From the NCBI GenBank assembly GCA_934660865.1, contig CAKUIA010000014.1, positions 30,001-62,000 on the forward strand: a stretch of 32,000 bases of DNA, written 5' to 3'. Made by a program: the position numbers and the translations under genes. The first letter of the stretch is position 1; the number at the start of each line of letters is the position of its first letter. Source of the stretch: an uncultured Opitutales bacterium. GTDB taxonomy: Bacteria; Verrucomicrobiota; Verrucomicrobiia; Opitutales; Intestinicryptomonadaceae. Below are positions 1-8,576 of the stretch, one piece after another. Below the pieces are notes generated by a model. That model was not told where the DNA came from. It saw nothing but the letters and a program-made list of their open reading frames with translations, and did not search any database.

Positions 1-169
1 AGCCTTGTTCGGCCAAAGTTGCGGCCGCCGAAGCACCCGCCAAGCCCGTGCCTACAACAATAATGTTGTACTTTCTGCGGTTCGAGGGGTTTACAAGCTT
101 CATGTGCGCTTTGTGGTTCGACCACTTTTGCGAAATTGGCCCTTCGGGGATTTTTGGATCGAGATTCAT
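1..169 (-). CDS. sdhA: Succinate dehydrogenase/fumarate reductase flavoprotein subunit, N-terminal fragment (gene continues past the window start)
   Basis: Absent from the ORF track because it runs off the edge. My reverse-strand translation from the ATG at 169 gives [56 protein letters not shown]. It contains the FAD-binding [12 protein letters not shown] fold of SdhA/FrdA. It starts 32 nt downstream of the cytochrome b gene. Confidence 0.85.
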   Translation of the reverse strand, partial: MNLDPKIPEGPISQKWSNHKAHMKLVNPSNRRKYNIIVVGTGLAGASAAATLAEQG

Positions 170-201
170 CATAATCTTTTAAATTCTTTTAAAGTTGTTG
201 T

Positions 202-1059
202 TTATTTGCCTTGTTCGGCGGCTTTTGTTATGCAAAGCGCCGCTTTTGCCGATTTTTGGCATTCAATGCCCTTGTAGTTTACAAAAATCTTGTCGTTGTT
301 CTTTTGGGCGTTGATTTGCTCTACAATCTGGCTTTGGGGGAAGATGTTAACGCAGGTGTATTTGCTGAGCAAAACGGCTGCGGGGTTCGAGGCAAAGCCG
401 AAGAAAATTACAACCGCATAGAGAACCGCGATTTTGTTTAGAATGTAGCGAACCTTTTCGTTTCTAAAACCGACCGTTTGGAACATGCTGGAAACCGCAT
501 GCGAAAGGTGGAAGGCAATGGCTGCCAACGCAACTATGTAGAGAATCGAAACAATGTCGCAGCTAAAGCCGTATACAAGCATTGCGTATACGTCGTGAAT
601 GGTTTTGCCTTCGTACATGCCCGAAGTCGCAACCCATTCGAGCTTTTTAAACACGGGGTCTATATTCAAAAGGGTAAAGTGCATTAAGTGCAAAACAACA
701 AAAAGGATTATTACGGTTCCCGTATAAATCATTGTTCTTGCCGCAAACGATGCCGCCAAATACTTCTTTACCGCGTATTTTTGCGGGCGGGCAGCCTTGT
801 TTTCCAAAACAAGCAAATAGCCCATAAGAAGGTGTAATACTATGCAAAGGGCCATTACGGCACGGAAACCCCAAAGGAATTCCCAGGGCAAGGTCTGCAA
901 AAAGTTTGCATAGGCGTTAATTGCGTTAGGTTCTCCCTCGAAAGTCTGCAAATTGCCCAGCATATGCATAAACAAAAACGCTACAAGCACAAAGCCCGTA
1001 AGCGCCATTACAAACTTCTTTATTAGGGAAGACGTTATTGTTGTTTTTAGGTACGACAT
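202..1059 (-). CDS. sdhC: Succinate dehydrogenase/fumarate reductase dihaem cytochrome b membrane subunit (b558 type)
   Basis: About five hydrophobic helices with four His in helix contexts (FMHMLGN, VLHLLMG, VLHLMHF, AFHLSHA), as in dihaem type-B anchors. It lies directly upstream of the flavoprotein gene. I chose the ATG at 1059 (MSYLKTT...) over the TTG at 1104 used by the ORF track. Confidence 0.8.
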   Translation of the reverse strand: MSYLKTTITSSLIKKFVMALTGFVLVAFLFMHMLGNLQTFEGEPNAINAYANFLQTLPWEFLWGFRAVMALCIVLHLLMGYLLVLENKAARPQKYAVKKYLAASFAARTMIYTGTVIILFVVLHLMHFTLLNIDPVFKKLEWVATSGMYEGKTIHDVYAMLVYGFSCDIVSILYIVALAAIAFHLSHAVSSMFQTVGFRNEKVRYILNKIAVLYAVVIFFGFASNPAAVLLSKYTCVNIFPQSQIVEQINAQKNNDKIFVNYKGIECQKSAKAALCITKAAEQGK

Positions 1060-1139
1060 AATCTGTGTTTTTGATGTGAAAATACTAAGACGATAAATCT
1101 GCAAAATTTTTGGAATTTTTCAACTCTTTTTTCCGAAAA

Positions 1140-2213
1140 CTAGTCTACCTGTTGTATGTAGTCGAAATTCGACAGCAATTCGCAGCCGTTTTCGGTTATC
1201 CTTACGCAGTCTTCTATGCGGCATGCCCCTACGTTTTTATAGTATAGTCCCGGTTCGTCGGTTACTACCATTGCCGTTTTCAGAATGTTTGCGCCGGTAG
1301 AAAGGCGGGGCGCTTCGTGAATGTCCAGGCCGACGCCGTGCCCCGTGCTGTGGAAAAATCCGTACCACGCGCCGTTTTTGCAGTAGGTTTTAAAGCCCGC
1401 TTTTTCGAAGATTTCCACAACCTTAAAGTGCGCCTTGTTTGCGGCAACGCCGTCGTGCAATGTGTCTAAAACGGCGTCGTGGGCGTCTTTTACGGTCTGG
1501 TAAATCTTTTTTTGGTCGTCGGTGGGCTTGCCCTTTACAAAGGTTCGCGTCATGTCGCCGAAATAGCCGCTCGAATTTAGGCGGGGGAAAATATCCGCAA
1601 CAATGGGCGTGTTTGCGTATATCTTGCCGTAGCCAATGCAGTGGGGGTCGCAGGCCTGGTTGCCCGCCGCAATTATCGTAGACTTTGCCAGCGCGTTGTT
1701 GCGCATACATTCCAAGTCGGTTTCGCGGCGCAAAATTTCGCTTGTAAGGGGCTGGCCGTTCCAAATTAAGGCTCCCTTTTTGTCTACCGAAGAATTTGCC
1801 AATATTTTTCTTATAAGCGCGTAGCACTTTGCCGAAACCATATTCGCCTTGCGTATTTCGGCGGCCTGGCGCTCGTCTTTAAAGACCCTTTCGGGGAATA
1901 TTTCGCCGTCGGCTACAACAATGTCGAACTTTGTCCTGCGCAGTTTTTCCAGCATAAAGGCGGGGAAATTGCGCGGCACCAAAAATTTTTTAAGGCCAAG
2001 CTCGTTAAAAATTTCGCGTTCGTCGGCATATTCGTATATGCGCGAAAATGCCGATTCCTTTCTTGCCCTGCCAATCTCCAAAGGGCTTAAAATTGCGCAA
2101 CGCTCGCCGTTTTGGGTGAAGGCGAAAAAGTCGTCGGGTATAAAGCTTTGTGCAAAATACAGCATATCCGAGCTAGAATCGCTGTTTGCGTACAACAAAA
2201 TCTCTCTTTTCAT
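1140..2213 (-). CDS. M24-family metallopeptidase (Xaa-Pro aminopeptidase/dipeptidase-like)
   Basis: Pita-bread fold motifs are present: YFGDMTRTF, HSTGHGVGLDIHEAP and EPGLY...RIED. The ORF-track N-terminal extension (to 2426) is Arg-rich junk that overlaps the divergent gene. The real start is the ATG at 2213 (MKREILLYANSD...). Confidence 0.85.
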   Translation of the reverse strand: MKREILLYANSDSSSDMLYFAQSFIPDDFFAFTQNGERCAILSPLEIGRARKESAFSRIYEYADEREIFNELGLKKFLVPRNFPAFMLEKLRRTKFDIVVADGEIFPERVFKDERQAAEIRKANMVSAKCYALIRKILANSSVDKKGALIWNGQPLTSEILRRETDLECMRNNALAKSTIIAAGNQACDPHCIGYGKIYANTPIVADIFPRLNSSGYFGDMTRTFVKGKPTDDQKKIYQTVKDAHDAVLDTLHDGVAANKAHFKVVEIFEKAGFKTYCKNGAWYGFFHSTGHGVGLDIHEAPRLSTGANILKTAMVVTDEPGLYYKNVGACRIEDCVRITENGCELLSNFDYIQQVD

Positions 2214-2266
2214 ATTGTAAAAAAAGTGTTGCACGCTTTTTTTTGTCGGGCAACATAAATCATTAA

Positions 2267-2740
2267 ATGTATAAATTTTTTGCGACAATATTTGCGGCTT
2301 TGCTTTTTGCCGCCTGTACCGAAAAAACGGCAACCTCGGTTTCCGCGTTTTCGGAGTATTTCGACATGAAAATTGCCGACACCGCCTTTGCCGCGCAACT
2401 GGCCATAAGCGAAAGCGAAAAGGCAAGGGGGCTTATGTATAGGCAGGCACTGGGCGAAAATCAGGCAATGGTGTTCGTATATTTTACGCCGCAAAAAATG
2501 TCGTTTTGGATGAAAAACACAAGCATACCGCTGGATTTGGCGTTTTTCGACGCAAACGGCGTTTTGCTTGAGGTAAAGCCGCTGTACCCGCACAATTTGG
2601 ATTCGGTGCAGTCGGCGTCTGGCAATGTGCTTTATTGCGTAGAGGCAAACGCGGGCTTTTTTGCAAGGCACGGCATAAAAAGCGGCGACGTTCTAAATTT
2701 GGCTCTTTTAAAAAAGGCGATAAAAAAGAGGGGCTATTGA
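2267..2740 (+). CDS. DUF192-family protein, probable lipoprotein
   Basis: Lipobox-like signal (ALLFAAC). The DUF192-like core reads RGLMYR...MVFVY...SFWMKNTSIPLDLAFFD. It is 1 nt from the next ORF. Confidence 0.75.
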   Translation: MYKFFATIFAALLFAACTEKTATSVSAFSEYFDMKIADTAFAAQLAISESEKARGLMYRQALGENQAMVFVYFTPQKMSFWMKNTSIPLDLAFFDANGVLLEVKPLYPHNLDSVQSASGNVLYCVEANAGFFARHGIKSGDVLNLALLKKAIKKRGY

Positions 2741-2741
2741 C

Positions 2742-2996
2742 ATGTCTAAAATGCAGAAATTAACGGTGCTAATTACGGGGCTTTTTTTGGCGTCTATAGG
2801 CTGGCTTTTTGCCTTTACGCATTTTTACGGCCGCCTTAGCGACTGGCAAAAATCGCAAAACATAGATTTTACCGCACAAACGGGGGCAACAAAGCTTGGC
2901 GTATACATAAATTCGTTTACGGCTGCAGGCATTGTTTTTATTGTTTCGACATTGTTGGGGTTATTGTACATAAAGTATTCCAAAAAAGAAAAATGA
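2742..2996 (+). CDS. Small membrane protein (two predicted TM helices), unknown function
   Basis: 84 aa with two hydrophobic segments and a basic tail. Its stop overlaps the mnmE start (ATGA at 2993-2996), which suggests translational coupling. Confidence 0.55.
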   Translation: MSKMQKLTVLITGLFLASIGWLFAFTHFYGRLSDWQKSQNIDFTAQTGATKLGVYINSFTAAGIVFIVSTLLGLLYIKYSKKEK

Positions 2997-4345
2997 GCGA
3001 TTTTAACGATACAATTTGCGCGCCGTCTACGCCTACGGGCGAAAGCGCAATAGCGGGCATAAGGCTTTCGGGGCCGTTGTGCGGCGAGATTGTCGAAAAG
3101 TCTTTCGGCAAAACGGCGCAGCCTAGAATTGCGTGCCTGGGCAACTATAAGGACATTTCGCAAAAAACGGTAGACAGCGTTTTGTATGTATACTTTAAAG
3201 CTCCGGCCTCGTATACGGGCGAAGACTGTTTGGAGATTTTTTCGCACGGCAACCCCTTTATAGTTCAAAAACTGCTCGACGACCTTGTAAAAAAAGGCTG
3301 CCGCATGGCAGACCACGGCGAGTTTACCCGCAGGGCGTTTTTAAACAAAAAGCTGGATTTGTCGCAGGCGCAGGCCGTTTCGCTTTCGATTTCGGCAAGG
3401 AGCCAGGCGGCGTTGACGGCCTCGCAAAAACAGCTTGCAGGCGAGCTTGGCAAGCGCATAAACGACTATACCGACTCGCTTGTAAACGTATGCGCCCTGG
3501 TAGAAGCCTACATAGATTTCCCCGAAGACAACCTTCCCGAAGAGGACAAAAACAGGATTGTTGCCCTTATAGACGACATTTGCCTTAAGCTTTCGAATAT
3601 GGTGGCAAATTCGAAGTATACAAAAGCGGTGCACAACGGCATAAATTTGGCGATAATAGGCGAGCCTAATGCGGGCAAATCTTCGCTGCTTAATTTGCTG
3701 CTTGGGTCGGAAAGGGCCATTGTAAGCGATATTGCGGGAACTACGCGCGACTTTATCCGCGAAAGGCTAAATATCGGCGACTACCTTTTCAACATAACCG
3801 ACACCGCAGGCCTTAGAAATTCTACCGACAAAATAGAAAAAATGGGCGTTGAGCGCGCAAAAGAGGCCGCCAAAGCCGCGGATATGATATTGCTGGTTGT
3901 AGATTCTTCGCAAAAGCCCGATATTAGCGAGTATAAAGACCTTGTAGGGCAAAACAATACAATGCTTGTTTTAAACAAAAGGGATTTGCCCGCAAACGCC
4001 GAGGCCATGAAGCTTTTAGACGGCGTTTGCCGCGCCGAAATTTCGTGCAAAGACGCTTTGCATGCGGCGCAGACGCTAAGAGAGGCAATTTTATCTTTCG
4101 TTGCCGAAAAATACATAGTTCCGCAAAACGACGACATTCTTGTTAGTGCAAAAAACGCCCAAAATATGGAGTTTGCAATAAATTCGCTTGAATCGGCCAA
4201 AAAGCTTATTTTGGGCGATATGCCCGCCGAGCTTTCGGCTAGCGAGATAAGAAACGCCCTTGAAAATTTGGGCGAAATTGTAGGCAAAGTTGATTGCGAG
4301 GAGATTTTAGACAAGATATTTTCGAAGTTTTGCATAGGCAAATAG
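2993..4345 (+). CDS. mnmE: tRNA modification GTPase MnmE
   Basis: G-domain motifs GEPNAGKSSLLN, DTAG and NKRD. The N-terminal folate-binding region reads ICAPSTP.G.SAI. The hallmark C-terminal CIGK is present. Confidence 0.95.
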   Translation: MSDFNDTICAPSTPTGESAIAGIRLSGPLCGEIVEKSFGKTAQPRIACLGNYKDISQKTVDSVLYVYFKAPASYTGEDCLEIFSHGNPFIVQKLLDDLVKKGCRMADHGEFTRRAFLNKKLDLSQAQAVSLSISARSQAALTASQKQLAGELGKRINDYTDSLVNVCALVEAYIDFPEDNLPEEDKNRIVALIDDICLKLSNMVANSKYTKAVHNGINLAIIGEPNAGKSSLLNLLLGSERAIVSDIAGTTRDFIRERLNIGDYLFNITDTAGLRNSTDKIEKMGVERAKEAAKAADMILLVVDSSQKPDISEYKDLVGQNNTMLVLNKRDLPANAEAMKLLDGVCRAEISCKDALHAAQTLREAILSFVAEKYIVPQNDDILVSAKNAQNMEFAINSLESAKKLILGDMPAELSASEIRNALENLGEIVGKVDCEEILDKIFSKFCIGK

Positions 4346-4366
4346 CTTTTTTAAGATTTTAAAGAT

Positions 4367-5209
4367 ATGTGGTTTTACATAGACGAAAACGGCGGCAAAA
4401 AAGGGCCGCTTACAACCGACGGCCTTGTTTTGCTGTTTAAGCACGGCACATTGGGCGGCGAAACAAAAGTGTGGAAAAACGGAATGGCAAAGCCGCTTAC
4501 AATTTCCGAATGTAGGGATTTGCGCATTTTAAATTTCAGCGAAAAATCAAGGCGCGAGCTTTTGGTTGAAAAACATTCGGCCTCGTTTAGGGTTTTGCTG
4601 TATGCGGTAGGGTGCCTTGTTGCGGCGTTTTTATTCTACACCTTTAAAATTGCCGATTATGTTGAAGGCATAAACATTGCCAAAAACATAAAGATAGACG
4701 ACGTTTACATAGATTTTCAGTGTGCCGCTACAATGAAAAAGTATCTAGGCTACGCGATTTTCCTTCTTACGTTGGGTGCGGTTTTAATGTTTTCGCGCTA
4801 TCTTACAACGGTTGCAAAAATAGCCAAAACAAAAAGAACGCTGCTTACAACGCAGTTCGGCGCCACCTTTTTGGGATACAGCTTTTTTATCCCGTTTTTC
4901 AACATATTGCTGCCGTGCTACAGCGTGTTGTATTGCATAAGAATAGGCTGCGAGCGCAGGCGCCGGCAGTTTTCGGCCGAAATGCTGGTTTTGGTTTTGC
5001 TGTGGTGGTTTTTTGTATTGTTTTCGCTTTCGATTGGCGCCTATTTAATGTTTTTGTTCCCTAAGGCGACTTCGTATAATTTGTCGATGTGCATGCTCTA
5101 TCTCGATTGTTTGGCTGCTATAACGGGGGGCATTGCGGCGCTTTTGTCGTGTGCGGTTTTGCATGTTATAAACAGGCTGTATGTCGTTTCGGTAGACAGA
5201 AGCAGGTAG
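4367..5209 (+). CDS. GYF_2 (DUF4339)-domain membrane protein
   Basis: The N-terminus WFYIDENGGKKGPLTTDGLVLLFKHGTLGGETKVWKNGMAKP matches the GYF_2 pattern. About five hydrophobic helices and an RRRRQ loop follow. Confidence 0.7.
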   Translation: MWFYIDENGGKKGPLTTDGLVLLFKHGTLGGETKVWKNGMAKPLTISECRDLRILNFSEKSRRELLVEKHSASFRVLLYAVGCLVAAFLFYTFKIADYVEGINIAKNIKIDDVYIDFQCAATMKKYLGYAIFLLTLGAVLMFSRYLTTVAKIAKTKRTLLTTQFGATFLGYSFFIPFFNILLPCYSVLYCIRIGCERRRRQFSAEMLVLVLLWWFFVLFSLSIGAYLMFLFPKATSYNLSMCMLYLDCLAAITGGIAALLSCAVLHVINRLYVVSVDRSR

Positions 5210-5244
5210 CGTTTTTGCGCGCGTTTTAGTTTGCTTAAAAGCAT

Positions 5245-5283
5245 AAAAAAACTCCGAAGTTTTCAGCGCTTCGGAGTTTTTTT
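5245..5283. terminator. Bidirectional Rho-independent terminator between convergent genes
   Basis: Perfect 9-bp stem ACTCCGAAG (5251-5259) / CTTCGGAGT (5269-5277). It is flanked by an A-run upstream and a T-run downstream. Confidence 0.75.
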
Positions 5284-5288
5284 GCAGT

Positions 5289-6524
5289 TTAAAGCTTGTC
5301 GATTGTAATCGTTTCGGGCTTTTTCTTCATATCGGGAATTTCGTAGGCGTATTTTAGCATTGCCGATTCCATTATGGAGCGCAAGCCGCGCGCGCCAGTT
5401 TTAAGCTCAATGGCCTTTTCGGCTATGTCGTTTACGGCCTTTTCGGTAAACTCAAGCTTAATACCGTCGTAGGCAAACAGTTTTTTATACTGCTTAATAA
5501 GCGAGTTTTTTGTAGACGTAAGTATGTTTACTAAATCCGCCTTTTTAAGCTCGTTTAACGCGCACACAACGGGAAGCCTGCCTATAAATTCGGGTATAAA
5601 GCCGAATTTTACAAGGTCTTCGGGCTGTATTTGCGACGACAACAACTCGCCGTTTGCGTTGTCGCTTTCGCTTTCCTGCGAAAAGCCCATCGACGAATTT
5701 TTCGTGCGCCTGTCTACAATGTCTTTAAGGCCAACAAACGCGCCGCCGCATATGAACAAGATATTGCGGGTGTCTACCCTAATGTATTCCTGGTCGGGGT
5801 GCTTGCGGCCGCCCTTTGGGGGAATGTTGCAAACCGAGCCTTCCAAAATCTTTAGCAGTGCCTGCTGCACGCCTTCGCCGCCTACGTCTCGCGTAATCGA
5901 AACGTTTTCCATCTTGCGGGCGATTTTGTCGATTTCGTCTACGTAAATTATGCCGCGCTGCGCCTTTTCTATGTCGAAATTTGCGGCTCTTAAAAGGTTT
6001 AGCACAATGTTTTCGACGTCTTCGCCTACGTAGCCCGCTTCGGTAACATTTGTGGCGTCGGCAATGGCGAAGGGCACATTAAGCATTTTCGCCAAAGTTC
6101 TGGCCAAATAGGTTTTGCCCGAGCCTGTCGGGCCTACAAGCAGAATGTTGCTTTTTTCAACTTCAACGTCTTTTAAGTCTTTTAAAAGCTGGCTGTTTGA
6201 ATCGGCGCTTTTTATGCGCTTGTAGTGGTTGTATACCGCAACGCTAAGCACGCGTTTTGCGTCGTCTTGGCCTACAACGTATTCGTCAAGCTTGGCCTTC
6301 ATTTGCGAGGGCGTGGGCAGCTTGAAGTTTTTGTCGTCGAAAGGCGAGGGGCTTTGGTTTAGCTCGGGGTTGTCTTTAAGCTTGAACATATCGCTTAAAG
6401 CCGCAACGCAGTCGGAGCATATAAAAGCCTTGTTAGCCCCGCGAACCATATTTTTTACCTGGTCGGCGGGTCTGCCGCAAAAACTGCACCTAATGTCTTT
6501 TATGTCGGGACCTTTTTTGTCCAT
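5289..6524 (-). CDS. clpX: ATP-dependent Clp protease ATP-binding subunit ClpX
   Basis: N-terminal zinc-binding CSFCGR...CSDC. Walker A is [11 protein letters not shown]+ and C-terminal motifs are present. It lies immediately downstream of clpP. Confidence 0.97.
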   Translation of the reverse strand: MDKKGPDIKDIRCSFCGRPADQVKNMVRGANKAFICSDCVAALSDMFKLKDNPELNQSPSPFDDKNFKLPTPSQMKAKLDEYVVGQDDAKRVLSVAVYNHYKRIKSADSNSQLLKDLKDVEVEKSNILLVGPTGSGKTYLARTLAKMLNVPFAIADATNVTEAGYVGEDVENIVLNLLRAANFDIEKAQRGIIYVDEIDKIARKMENVSITRDVGGEGVQQALLKILEGSVCNIPPKGGRKHPDQEYIRVDTRNILFICGGAFVGLKDIVDRRTKNSSMGFSQESESDNANGELLSSQIQPEDLVKFGFIPEFIGRLPVVCALNELKKADLVNILTSTKNSLIKQYKKLFAYDGIKLEFTEKAVNDIAEKAIELKTGARGLRSIMESAMLKYAYEIPDMKKKPETITIDKL

Positions 6525-7118
6525 TTAGCGTTTGTTTGGCTGGATAACCTTGTCGATTATGCCGTATTTGCATGCGTCGTCGGCGCTCATAAAAAAGTCT
6601 CTGTCCGAGTCTTTTTCAAGCTGGGCAACCGATTTGCCGGTGTTTTCGGCCAAGATTTCGTTAATGGTTTTTCTCCAACGCAAAATTTCGTTGGCCATAA
6701 TCGTTATGTCCGAAGCCTGGCCGCCCGCGCCGCCCGATGGCTGGTGAATCATAACCGTAGAGTGGGGCAGCGCAAAACGCTTGCCCTTTGTGCCGGCCGA
6801 AAGCAGCACCGTTCCCATGCTTGCCGCCAAACCCACGCAGTAGGTAACAACGTCGCACTTAAGGAAATTCATTGTATCCAATATGGCCATACCCGCCGTT
6901 ATGGAACCCCCCGGGCAATTTATGTATAAATTAACGTCCTTTTTTGGGTCTTCCATCTGAAGAAAAAGCAACTGGGCGACAACGGCGTTTGCCACATAGT
7001 CGTCTATGGGCGTGCCTATGAAAATAATCCTGTCCTTTAAAAGACGCGAATATATGTCCCAAGTTTTTTCGCTTCTGCCGTCTCTTTCGTAGACGTACGG
7101 TATTGGATAGTAGCTCAT
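6525..7118 (-). CDS. clpP: ATP-dependent Clp protease proteolytic subunit ClpP
   Basis: Catalytic contexts GLAASMG (Ser) and MIHQP (His). Typical 197-aa length. The tig-clpP-clpX synteny is conserved. Confidence 0.97.
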   Translation of the reverse strand: MSYYPIPYVYERDGRSEKTWDIYSRLLKDRIIFIGTPIDDYVANAVVAQLLFLQMEDPKKDVNLYINCPGGSITAGMAILDTMNFLKCDVVTYCVGLAASMGTVLLSAGTKGKRFALPHSTVMIHQPSGGAGGQASDITIMANEILRWRKTINEILAENTGKSVAQLEKDSDRDFFMSADDACKYGIIDKVIQPNKR

Positions 7119-7146
7119 ATTAAATATATTGTGAAATGTTAAAATT

Positions 7147-7174
7147 GCCCCCCGATTTTTAATTTCGGGAGGCG
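7147..7174 (-). terminator. Hairpin between tig and clpP (possible partial terminator or attenuator)
   Basis: On the minus strand: CCUCCCGA-loop-UCGGGGGG (8 bp including one G-U), followed by CAAUUUU. The U-tract is short, so this is at best a weak terminator. Confidence 0.4.
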
Positions 7175-7181
7175 TTTTAAA

Positions 7182-8492
7182 TTACTTGGCTTCCTTGATT
7201 TTAACTTCGGCCTTTTCGGCTATAAAGTTAATGGTTTTTTGCATAAGGGCGTCGCCTCTGATTCTGTTTATCAGGGCTTGGTTGCCTCTTAGCCTCTTTA
7301 CAAATTCGTCGGGTTTCATGCCCGCGCGAACCGCTTCCTGCCAAACAACGCGGCTAATGTCTTCGTTGTTAACCTCTATTTTGTTGGCCTTTGCAACGCG
7401 CGAAAGGAAAATCCTCATTTTCGCCCTTATTTCGGCGTCTTTTGTGGCGCCTTCAATCAAAGAGTCTTTGTTCTTTTCGAGAACGTCTTTTGTTACGCCC
7501 TGTTGCATATAGCGCATCATTGTTTCCGACAAGATTGCGTCTCTTTCTTCGGCTACAGCGCTTTCGGGAAGGGCAAATTCAACCTTTTCCATAAGCTGGT
7601 TTACGGCCTTTTCGCGCTTTAGCACTTCGTTGTATTGGGTCTTTTCCTTTTCGATGTCGGCTGCAACCTTTTCGCGCAAAGCCTGTTCGGATTCAACCTT
7701 CAAAGTCTTGCAAAATTCTTCGTCGAATTTGGGCAATACCTTTTCCTTTACGTCTAAAACTTCAACATCGTAAACGGCTTTTTTGCCGGCCAATTCCTTT
7801 ATTGCAAAGTCTGCTGCAAAGGTTTCTTCGGCCTGCTTTTTGTCGCCCTTTTTCATGCCGACAAGGGCGTTTACAACGGCCTTAACGCCGGGGGCGTTTT
7901 CGTTGCCGGCTTCTTCCCAAGTGGATTTTTGCGTGCCGTACATTGTGGCATTGGGCACAATTTCAGACACCAATTTGCCGTCTATCTTGCCTTCGTACGA
8001 AACGTTTACAAAGTCGCCTTTTTTAACTTCGCGGTCTACGCTTTCGAATTTGGCATACTGGTTTTGGTAGTATTCCATAACCTTGTCTACCTCTTCGTTT
8101 GCGGCCTTTGTGTTGTCGAGCTCTACCGAGGTTTTAAGCTCGGCGGGAACTTTTACTTCGGGGTATACGTCTACCGTAATTTCGATTTCGGCGCCGTTTT
8201 CGCCCACCTGGGGCTTTGCGTCTACAACCGAGAAAATGTCGAATTCCTTGATGTCGTTAAGGGCTTGTATGGCCTTTTGGAAAAGCTGTCTTTCGGTAGA
8301 GGCGGCAATGTCTTTTTCGAACTTCTTTACCACCATTGCGGCGGGAGCTTTGCCTCTTCTAAAACCCTGGATTGTGGCGTTTTTTACAAAGTCGGCTGTA
8401 ACGGCCTGTTTTTCTTTTGCAGTTTCTGCACCGTCGAAAGAAACTAATACCTTCTTTCTGGTGTCGTTTATTTTTTCTATTTTTGTGTTCAT
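7182..8492 (-). CDS. tig: Trigger factor (ribosome-associated PPIase chaperone)
   Basis: 436 aa. The N-terminal ribosome-binding region contains GFRRGKAP. There is a central FKBP-like segment and an acidic helical C-terminus. It lies upstream of clpP-clpX. Confidence 0.95.
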   Translation of the reverse strand: MNTKIEKINDTRKKVLVSFDGAETAKEKQAVTADFVKNATIQGFRRGKAPAAMVVKKFEKDIAASTERQLFQKAIQALNDIKEFDIFSVVDAKPQVGENGAEIEITVDVYPEVKVPAELKTSVELDNTKAANEEVDKVMEYYQNQYAKFESVDREVKKGDFVNVSYEGKIDGKLVSEIVPNATMYGTQKSTWEEAGNENAPGVKAVVNALVGMKKGDKKQAEETFAADFAIKELAGKKAVYDVEVLDVKEKVLPKFDEEFCKTLKVESEQALREKVAADIEKEKTQYNEVLKREKAVNQLMEKVEFALPESAVAEERDAILSETMMRYMQQGVTKDVLEKNKDSLIEGATKDAEIRAKMRIFLSRVAKANKIEVNNEDISRVVWQEAVRAGMKPDEFVKRLRGNQALINRIRGDALMQKTINFIAEKAEVKIKEAK

Positions 8493-8576
8493 CTGTTATA
8501 TTATAAAATTGTCTATAAAAACGTTTTAAATAAAGCTTTAAATCATGGAGAAAGCCCGTGTTCGGGTCAAGTTTTA

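Noticed and set aside
79-87. GGTTCGAGG, resembling a tRNA T-arm.
   Set aside because: It lies inside the sdhA coding frame, and no surrounding cloverleaf can be drawn.
2214-2426. Long N-terminal extensions in the ORF track: M24 peptidase to 2426, cytochrome b to 1104, GH43 to 12705, SGNH to 13510, GH97 to 18258, GH78-like from 25810.
   Set aside because: The extensions are Arg-rich or otherwise non-protein-like and overlap neighbouring genes. They precede internal ATGs that give proper signal peptides or conserved N-termini.
3781-4341. 186-aa ORF antisense to mnmE. Similar long antisense ORFs occur at 5524-5946, 7929-8529, 8875-9597, 10461-10997, 14362-15192, 17243-17821, 29897-30568 and 30806-31288.
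   Set aside because: Each lies entirely inside a confidently identified gene on the other strand. Their translations are low-complexity (Ser/Phe/Arg/Cys-rich) with no recognisable motifs. They are shadow ORFs.
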